Shown: positions 57,279-64,000 of the stretch, one piece after another
Numbering within the stretch: the stretch's first letter is position 1
Layout of the letters: every line of letters begins with the position of its first letter
Source: an uncultured Candidatus Saccharibacteria bacterium
Lineage (GTDB): Bacteria; Patescibacteriota; Minisyncoccia; Phycocordibacterales; CAIZIN01
DNA length: 64,000 nucleotides
NCBI GenBank assembly: GCA_964462115.1
Contig: CAYWWA010000002.1
Location: forward strand, 6,560 to 70,559
Direction of reading: 5' to 3'
The notes under the pieces: generated by a model
Database searches by the model: none
What the model was told of the DNA's origin: nothing
The model's input: only the letters and a program-made list of their open reading frames with translations
Translations under genes and position numbers: made by a program

Positions 57279-59393
57279 ATGAAGATTTTTTTGAAAAAAA
57301 TTAAAAAATATAAAAAAAAATTATCTATCTTCTCTATTTTTATCATTATTTTTTTTAGTTTTTCTCTATTTTTATTATTTGACATAAAAGAAAAATATCA
57401 AAACAATTTATCCGTAATCATATATGACAGGAACGAAGAAATTATTTCCATCAAAACAAATATTAAAGATCATTATGTCTATGAAACCAAAGAAATACCA
57501 GATGATTTAGAAAAATTACTACTCAAGAAAGAAGATAGATATTTTTACTGGCATTTTGGAGTTAACCCAGTCAGCAACCTGCGAGCGTTGTGGCAGATTT
57601 CAACCATTCAAAAACATGGCGGGGCCTCCACCATTACCCAACAACTAGCTAAAAACCTACTTGGCAACGAAAATAATCGAACATTTTATAATAAAATCAA
57701 AGAATTATTCTACACTTTTAATTTAGAATTATTTTTTTCTAAAAAAGAAATTTTAACAATGTATGCTAATACTACTTTTTTTGGCAATCAAGCTCAGGGT
57801 TTTGAAACAGCATCACGCATGTATTTCAATAAAGATCTAGCCAAACTAAATCACAATGAGCAAATTTCTTTGCTTGCCACAATCTCTTATCCCAATAATC
57901 GTAACCCATGGAAAGATAGCGAACAAAAATTTGCTACAGCTTTAAATCAACAGATCTCGCCAGACGAAACTTTTACAAAACCGCTGATCAATAAAAATTT
58001 TAATTTTCAAAATGAAGCCAATTTTGAATTAAGCTCTATTGGATTTTCTTGCGAAAAAAGCTGCCGCACCACTATAGATGTAAAAATTACTGAAAAAATT
58101 CGTCAAATTATTAAAGAGTATACCGACAAAGAAAGTTCGCGCGGTGCAAAAAATTCCTCTGTGGTTGTGATTGATCCCAGAAGTGAAGAAATAATTGCTA
58201 TAGTTGGTAGTGTAGATCCTAGTTCTACAAGAAATGGTAATAAAATAAATATGGCAATTAAACCGCGACCGATCGGTTCCACTATCAAACCATTAATGTA
58301 TCTTAAGGGTTTTGAAGATGGTTTGAGACCTTATACCATAGTAGAAGATCGTGAATATAAATATCAAATCGGACTTGGGTTCGCCCAATATCCCAAAAAC
58401 TATGACGGAGCATATCAAGGAGAGGTTTCTCTACATTATGCCTTAAGCAACTCTCTTAATGTACCGTCTGTTAAAGTTTTGGAATATATTGGTTTAGAAA
58501 AATTTTACAATTTTTTAGATCAAAAATTAAAATTTGAACCAATTCAAGATTATGATAATTATCAATATGGTATCGCTCTTGGTGGTCTAGAAATGGACTT
58601 AACTACCCTCACCCACTATTTTACTATTTTTCCACGTTTAGGAAATATCGCCCCGCTTAAGATTTCAACTGATGGGCAAAATAATTTTAAATTGGCTCCA
58701 CAAAATAAAATTGAATCATATCAAGAAATTTCTGATAAAAAATATGTAGCACTAATTCATAAAATAATTTCTGATCGTCTTACTGGTGTTGGTCAATTTT
58801 CACTGGAAAGTTCGCTCAATTTGCCAATAAAAGATTATGGAGTTAAGACCGGAACCTCTCGCGATTGGCATGATTCGTGGGTTGTTGGATATACCGGTGA
58901 TTTTGTTGTGGGGGTTTGGGTTGGTAATACAGAAAACACTTCACTGCAACAAATTTCTGGCGCCCAAGGAGCTGGAGTTGTTTGGAATCAAGTAATGAAC
59001 CTAATGATTAATTCAAAATATAACCACCAAACATCCATTAATACAAGCGATGTTATGCCAATTAAAATCAATAATTCTATTGAATGGGGCCTTACTGATG
59101 ACGATATTGAATTAAGTAAAAATCTGATGAAAGAAGATATTTTAATCTTGTCACCACACGACGAAGATAAGTTTGAATTTGAAAAAACAAAATCTATCCC
59201 ACTAAAAAGTTCACAGCTAGTAGAGTGGACCATTAAAAAACTAACTAACACTGGCGACAAAATTATCTTTTCCGACAGTAAAAAAGAAAGTTTTTGGCAA
59301 CCAAGCGAATCTGGTTATTATCAAATTTTTGCTAAAAATCCGGAAACAAATTTTTCTCAAACTATCTATATTAAAATTCAAGCCGATAAATAG
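57279..59393 (+). CDS. pbpC: Class A penicillin-binding protein (GT51 transglycosylase plus transpeptidase), PbpC-like
   Basis: GT51 motifs EDRYFYWHFG, GGSTITQQLAKNL, KEILTMYANTTFFG; transpeptidase SIGSTIKP (SxxK), SNS, KTGTS; 704 aa; adjacent to A2M. Confidence 0.75.
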   Translation: MKIFLKKIKKYKKKLSIFSIFIIIFFSFSLFLLFDIKEKYQNNLSVIIYDRNEEIISIKTNIKDHYVYETKEIPDDLEKLLLKKEDRYFYWHFGVNPVSNLRALWQISTIQKHGGASTITQQLAKNLLGNENNRTFYNKIKELFYTFNLELFFSKKEILTMYANTTFFGNQAQGFETASRMYFNKDLAKLNHNEQISLLATISYPNNRNPWKDSEQKFATALNQQISPDETFTKPLINKNFNFQNEANFELSSIGFSCEKSCRTTIDVKITEKIRQIIKEYTDKESSRGAKNSSVVVIDPRSEEIIAIVGSVDPSSTRNGNKINMAIKPRPIGSTIKPLMYLKGFEDGLRPYTIVEDREYKYQIGLGFAQYPKNYDGAYQGEVSLHYALSNSLNVPSVKVLEYIGLEKFYNFLDQKLKFEPIQDYDNYQYGIALGGLEMDLTTLTHYFTIFPRLGNIAPLKISTDGQNNFKLAPQNKIESYQEISDKKYVALIHKIISDRLTGVGQFSLESSLNLPIKDYGVKTGTSRDWHDSWVVGYTGDFVVGVWVGNTENTSLQQISGAQGAGVVWNQVMNLMINSKYNHQTSINTSDVMPIKINNSIEWGLTDDDIELSKNLMKEDILILSPHDEDKFEFEKTKSIPLKSSQLVEWTIKKLTNTGDKIIFSDSKKESFWQPSESGYYQIFAKNPETNFSQTIYIKIQADK

Positions 59394-59407
59394 CCTTCTT
59401 TTAATAT

Positions 59408-60325
59408 TTATTCACTTTTAGGAATCCCCAACTGGATTAAACCATCACTTTCTTCCAAACATTTTTCAATCGCTTCAGATAATCTTTCCTTAATTCCTTC
59501 TGCCTTGTAGTTGTTGGCCATCTTTTTAATTTCAGAAATATAAAATTCATCCACCAAAACCGCGATATCGTGTTTTTTGTTTTTAGCTAAGTCAATCCGT
59601 TCACGAAGTTTTTGTTCTGCTCCATCAATCAAAACGTCTTCATAGCCTTTGCTCAATAAATCATACAGCAGTTGGTAATATTCACCCTTACGCCCAACCA
59701 CTAGCGGGGCGTAAAGTTTAATTTTTAAATCATTAACTTCCACCCCAAAGACTTTTTTATCAATTTTACTTGTATCAATCTCTCGCACTAATTTAATGAT
59801 GGTTTGTAAAATTTCTTCACGAGATAGTTTTTTAATTTCACGACCACATTCCAAACAGTGTGGTTTACCAATTCGAGCGTATAAAACTCGTAGGTAGTCA
59901 TAAATTTCAGTGATGGTAGCAACAGTCGAACGCGGATTGTTGGAGTGAGTTTTTTGATCAATTGAAATTGCAGGAGATAAACCAGTAATTTCATCAACAT
60001 CTGGTTTTTGCATTTGATGTAAAAAACGACGAGCATAAGAAGATAAACTTTCCATATATCGCCTCTGCCCTTCCGCAAAAATAGTATCGAAAGCCAAAGA
60101 TGATTTTCCTGAACCAGACAAGCCGGTGATAGCTACAATTTTATTTCGTGGCATTTCCACCGTGATATTTTTCAGATTATGAGTCCTGGCTCCTTTCACT
60201 ACGATTTTATCATCTACTTCTCGTCCAGCCACTGTTTTTTTGCTAGATTTTATTTTTTTTTCACTCTCAGCATGAAAAAGCCGACTAGAACCGCTTGCAG
60301 CCTTATCTTGGACTTTCTTTGACAT
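59408..60325 (-). CDS. uvrA: UvrA N-terminal fragment (305 aa: first Walker A, UvrB-binding/insertion region)
   Basis: [60 protein letters not shown]; ends at the point where the 47985-49844 ORF resumes; TGaTATACT 9 nt upstream of ATG. Confidence 0.8.
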   Translation of the reverse strand: MSKKVQDKAASGSSRLFHAESEKKIKSSKKTVAGREVDDKIVVKGARTHNLKNITVEMPRNKIVAITGLSGSGKSSLAFDTIFAEGQRRYMESLSSYARRFLHQMQKPDVDEITGLSPAISIDQKTHSNNPRSTVATITEIYDYLRVLYARIGKPHCLECGREIKKLSREEILQTIIKLVREIDTSKIDKKVFGVEVNDLKIKLYAPLVVGRKGEYYQLLYDLLSKGYEDVLIDGAEQKLRERIDLAKNKKHDIAVLVDEFYISEIKKMANNYKAEGIKERLSEAIEKCLEESDGLIQLGIPKSE

Positions 60326-60451
60326 AATTCGATAAGTATATCATAAAAAGTGAAAAAACACACTAGAGCTATCTTGGATTGGTTCATAAAAAATATTTTT
60401 TAACAAATAAAATTAGTTGTATTTTTTCCTAAAAAACATTAAAATAAGCTG

Positions 60452-63400
60452 ATGGAAAACAACAATGATAAACCAGTTTTTGTACACCTGCACACTCATT
60501 CTCACTACACACTACTTAACGGTTTACCCAAAGTTCCTGACCTATTGAAAGTAACCCGTAAATATAATATGCCCGCTTTGGCTATTACTGAAAGTGGCAA
60601 CATGTATTCCGCTATTGAATTCTACGAACAAAGTAAAAAAACTAAAGACAAAAAAGGTAACGAACTGGCCCCAGTCAAAGCAATTATTGGGGTGGATTTT
60701 TACCTCTCTCCTCGCACTCGCAAAGATAAAGAAAGTCCGATTGATTTAGAAAAAACTCGCTTGGTATTGTTGGCCAAAAATTTTAATGGCTATCAAAATT
60801 TAATGCGTTTAGTTTCGGCTTCATATCTGGAAGGTTTTTTTGATGGTAAACCCAGAATTGATCGCGAGCTCTTAGAAAAATATCACCAAGATCTTATCGC
60901 TATCATGCCAGATTTTAATGGCGAATTATCTAATATGATTCGCCGTGAAGCTGAAGCAAGTGCTCAAGAAATTTTATCTTTTTATCACCACGTTTTTGCT
61001 GATGATTTTTATCAAGAAATTACTCACCATATTGAAATCGCCGGTCACGAAGAAGGTGTGAAAAAAATAATTGCTTGGAGCCGTCAAAATAAAGTTCAAT
61101 TAGTAGCAGCGCACGATGTCTATTATATCAACTCTGAGGATAAAGCAGCGCGTGATTTAGTGGTAGCAATTGGCAAAAAAAAGAAGCTATCAGAAATGAC
61201 TGATGACGAAGACGCGGATTTTTCCTTTATCTCCCAAGAACAAGCAGCTGAAGCTTTTAAAGATGAGCCTGAAGCTCTATCAAACACCGTTAAGATTGCA
61301 GCGCAATGTAATTTTGAAATTGCATTAGGGGAGTGGAAATTTCCCAACTACATTGTCTCGGACGCGGAAATAGATTTTTCCGATTTAGATCCTGAATTAC
61401 GAAAAATTTCTGATGAACATCTACCCGATTATTGTCGAGATCAAAACAATCCTCTTTACAAACACGATTTAGCTTTACGCAAAATTGCCTACCGAGGAAT
61501 TAAGCTGCGCAATTTGGAAGCAAACCAAGAGGTAATTGATCGCTTAGAATATGAACTTAAAGTCATCCATGACAAAGGTTACCCGCAATATTTCTTAACC
61601 GTGGCAGATTTATTACAGTTCTCTGATGAGCACAATATCTATACCAACATCCGAGGATCAGTGGCTGGTTCACTTACTACTTATTTGACTTATATTACTA
61701 AAGTTAATCCCTTAGAATTTAAACTTCCCTTTGAACGTTTTCTGAACCCCGAGCGTCCGTCAGCTCCCGATATCGATATGGATTATGCCGATAATCGTCG
61801 AGATGATGTGATTGCTTATGCTCGAGGTAAATATGGCGATGATCGAGTGGGACAAATTGGCACCTTTGGCACCATGGCTGCACGTGGAGCAGTTAAAGAT
61901 GTAACTCGAGCTTTAGGCTATAGCTACTCTATAGGTGATCGACTTTCTAAAATGATCCCTATGGGTAAACAAGGAAAAACCGTAGAACTAAAAGATGTGC
62001 TCACCGAAGGTAAAGACAGTTATTCTCCCGAACTGAAAGAGGTTTATGACAGCGATGACAGTGCTAAAACCATTATTGATTTAGCGATGCAAATTGAAGG
62101 TAACGCTCGCCAGGTATCCATGCATGCCGCGGGAGTGGTTATTGCTCCCGGCCCCATTACCGACTATGTACCAATTCAGTTTGACTCTAAAACTGGAGAT
62201 AAAATTATCACTCAATACGAAATGCATGCGGTGGGAGAAGATGGGGTTGGTTTATTAAAGTTTGACTTTTTGGGTATTAAAAATTTATCCATTTTGGCCG
62301 ATGCTGTTAGAAGGATTAAGGAAACCGAAGGGGTGGAAATTGATATTGAAAAAATCCCCTTTGATGATCAAAAAGTTTTTTCTGCTCTTTCTCGTGGTGA
62401 AACTATGGGAGTCTTTCAGCTTGGTGGAGCGGGTATGACTAAATATCTGATGGAACTTAAGCCTACCACCATGTTTGATATTAACGCGATGTTGGCACTT
62501 TATCGTCCAGGGCCAATTGATGAAATTCCAACTTACATTGATGTTAAACATCATCCAGAAAAAATAAAATATATGGATCCCAGAATGGCTGAATATTTAG
62601 ACCAGAGTTACGGACTATTAGTTTATCAGGATGATGTGATGATGACCGCAATCAAACTGGCTGGTTATTCTTGGTTGGAAGCGGACAAATTCCGTAAGGC
62701 CATGGGTAAAAAAATCCCCGAACTGATGGCCGAGCAAGAAATCAAAATCCGCAAAGGTATGAAAGAATTCGGCCATTTAGATGAAAAATTGATTGATACC
62801 ATTTGGCAAAAAATGTTGCCGTTTGCCTCGTATGGATTCAACAAGGCTCACGCCGCTTCTTATGGTCACCTATCATACCAAACCGCTTATCTCAAAACCC
62901 ATTACCCCGCCTGCTATATGTCGGCAGTAATGACGGCTGACGCCGGAGACGTAGAAAAAATTGGTGCCTTCGTGACCGAGTGTAAAAACATTGGAGTAGA
63001 AATTCTTCCTCCCGATGTTAACGAAAGTATGAAAGAGTTTGCGGTTATCAAGGAAAATACAGCCGATAAGGCTTCACGGAAGGAGGTTATCCGTTTTGGT
63101 CTATTGACTATTAAAATGTTCGGTTCCCATATCTCCGATGTGATTATTGAAGAACGAAACAGAAATGGAAAATTCCTGTCTTTGGAAGATTTTTTAACTC
63201 GGATTACCGACAAAGATTTAAATAAAAAAAGTTTGGAAAGTTTAATTAAATGTGGAGCTTTAGATAAATTAGGTGAACGAGGAGAAATGTTGGGTAATGT
63301 AGAATATCTGTGTGAATTCCAACGCCAATTCATCAACAAACCAGAAGGACAGGCTGACTTGTTTGGCGATAGCGATGTTAAAGTCTCATCGTTGAAACTC

Positions 63401-63829
63401 AAAACAATGCGCGAGGCTTCTAAAGATGAAATGTTGATGTGGGAAAAAGAGTTGTTGGGTTTATATATTTCTGGACACCCAATTGATAAATATGAAGAAG
63501 CTTTGTCTCGTCGAGGAGCTACTTTAAAGCAAATCAAACAAACTGCTCGCAACGAACAAACCGTAGTAGCAACCGGCTTAGTTGAATCAATTAGAGAAAT
63601 AAGCACCAAAAAGGGTGATAAAATGGCTTTTGTGCTGATGAGAGATCAGAACGAAGAATTGGAGGTAGTATTTTTTCCTAAAGCTTATCAAAAATTTAAA
63701 AACATTTTAGCAAGCAACATTTGCTTATCGGTCAAGGGCAAATTTAACCAACGAGAAGATTTGGGTGATGTTAAATTTTCAGTTTTGGTGGATGAAGCAA
63801 AAATAATTGATAATAGTAGTGTAAAATAA
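60452..63829 (+). CDS. dnaE: DNA polymerase III alpha subunit
   Basis: PHP domain FVHLHTHSHYTLLNG; polymerase core and OB fold; 1125 aa. Confidence 0.9.
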   Translation: MENNNDKPVFVHLHTHSHYTLLNGLPKVPDLLKVTRKYNMPALAITESGNMYSAIEFYEQSKKTKDKKGNELAPVKAIIGVDFYLSPRTRKDKESPIDLEKTRLVLLAKNFNGYQNLMRLVSASYLEGFFDGKPRIDRELLEKYHQDLIAIMPDFNGELSNMIRREAEASAQEILSFYHHVFADDFYQEITHHIEIAGHEEGVKKIIAWSRQNKVQLVAAHDVYYINSEDKAARDLVVAIGKKKKLSEMTDDEDADFSFISQEQAAEAFKDEPEALSNTVKIAAQCNFEIALGEWKFPNYIVSDAEIDFSDLDPELRKISDEHLPDYCRDQNNPLYKHDLALRKIAYRGIKLRNLEANQEVIDRLEYELKVIHDKGYPQYFLTVADLLQFSDEHNIYTNIRGSVAGSLTTYLTYITKVNPLEFKLPFERFLNPERPSAPDIDMDYADNRRDDVIAYARGKYGDDRVGQIGTFGTMAARGAVKDVTRALGYSYSIGDRLSKMIPMGKQGKTVELKDVLTEGKDSYSPELKEVYDSDDSAKTIIDLAMQIEGNARQVSMHAAGVVIAPGPITDYVPIQFDSKTGDKIITQYEMHAVGEDGVGLLKFDFLGIKNLSILADAVRRIKETEGVEIDIEKIPFDDQKVFSALSRGETMGVFQLGGAGMTKYLMELKPTTMFDINAMLALYRPGPIDEIPTYIDVKHHPEKIKYMDPRMAEYLDQSYGLLVYQDDVMMTAIKLAGYSWLEADKFRKAMGKKIPELMAEQEIKIRKGMKEFGHLDEKLIDTIWQKMLPFASYGFNKAHAASYGHLSYQTAYLKTHYPACYMSAVMTADAGDVEKIGAFVTECKNIGVEILPPDVNESMKEFAVIKENTADKASRKEVIRFGLLTIKMFGSHISDVIIEERNRNGKFLSLEDFLTRITDKDLNKKSLESLIKCGALDKLGERGEMLGNVEYLCEFQRQFINKPEGQADLFGDSDVKVSSLKLKTMREASKDEMLMWEKELLGLYISGHPIDKYEEALSRRGATLKQIKQTARNEQTVVATGLVESIREISTKKGDKMAFVLMRDQNEELEVVFFPKAYQKFKNILASNICLSVKGKFNQREDLGDVKFSVLVDEAKIIDNSSVK

Positions 63830-63837
63830 AAAAACAC

Positions 63838-63863
63838 CGGTCAGATAGATCGGTGCGAGAAGA
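63838..63863 (-). terminator. Minus-strand intrinsic terminator (caccgatctatctgaccggtg plus T5)
   Basis: The hairpin is followed by a T-run only in minus orientation. Confidence 0.4.
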
Positions 63864-64000
63864 ATTCAGGCTTGTTTACTTTTTGCGTGCCAATACCCCG
63901 CCATCTTCAAAGCGAGATAGGCAGGAATTATACAAACCAGAGATACAACCAAGTGAACGTGTTTCTGGTTGACGCACAAAAAAACTAGGTTAAGCAATGC

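Noticed and set aside
1-64000. CRISPR arrays, IS elements, rRNA genes
   Set aside because: No regularly spaced direct repeats, no transposase-like ORFs with terminal inverted repeats, and no rRNA-like conserved stretches were seen on reading the window.

Overview
This is a low-GC (~33%) bacterial window with small compact genes and the genomic style of a Candidate-Phyla-Radiation / Patescibacteria-like organism; that taxonomic call is an inference from gene content and composition, not a search result. Roughly 60 protein genes and 4 tRNAs can be supported.

Recognisable housekeeping content:
- Central metabolism and translation: pgk, gatB, pyk, folD, glyS, gltX, fmt next to an initiator-type tRNA, rsmG, and an ABC-F factor.
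- Core machinery: rpoD, dnaE, secY, ftsW.
- Ribosomal proteins: a partial spc cluster (S14-S8-L6-L18-S5-L15-SecY with no L30) and an isolated rplJ-rplL pair.
- Envelope and membrane: an NfeD-SPFH pair, a P-type Ca-ATPase overlapping a CaCA exchanger, a DedA protein, a Wzx-like flippase, GT25 and GT32 glycosyltransferases, an Amidase_3 protein, patatin and Maf.

Accessory or unusual content:
- A 2145-aa bacterial alpha-2-macroglobulin with a GCSEQ thioester motif, divergently paired with a pbpC-like class A PBP.
- uvrA present as two precisely abutting ORFs separated by about 9.5 kb.
- A UvrD-like helicase/PD-(D/E)xK nuclease present as two non-collinear halves about 19 kb apart.
- A LepA G-domain-only ORF translationally coupled to the ABC-F gene.
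- A frameshifted ABC exporter.
- A four-gene operon of secreted Cys-rich repeat and DUF1566-like proteins.
- A 960-aa surface repeat protein.
- Several GC-rich genes that use Shine-Dalgarno sites, including a 35-aa Arg-rich peptide under a consensus promoter.

The dominant regulatory pattern is extended -10 promoters (TGnTATAAT) sitting 5-10 nt upstream of start codons, which implies leaderless mRNAs. Intrinsic terminators are frequent. No CRISPR array, IS element or integrase was recognised. All calls rest on reading the sequence and on recalled family motifs; no database searches were run.
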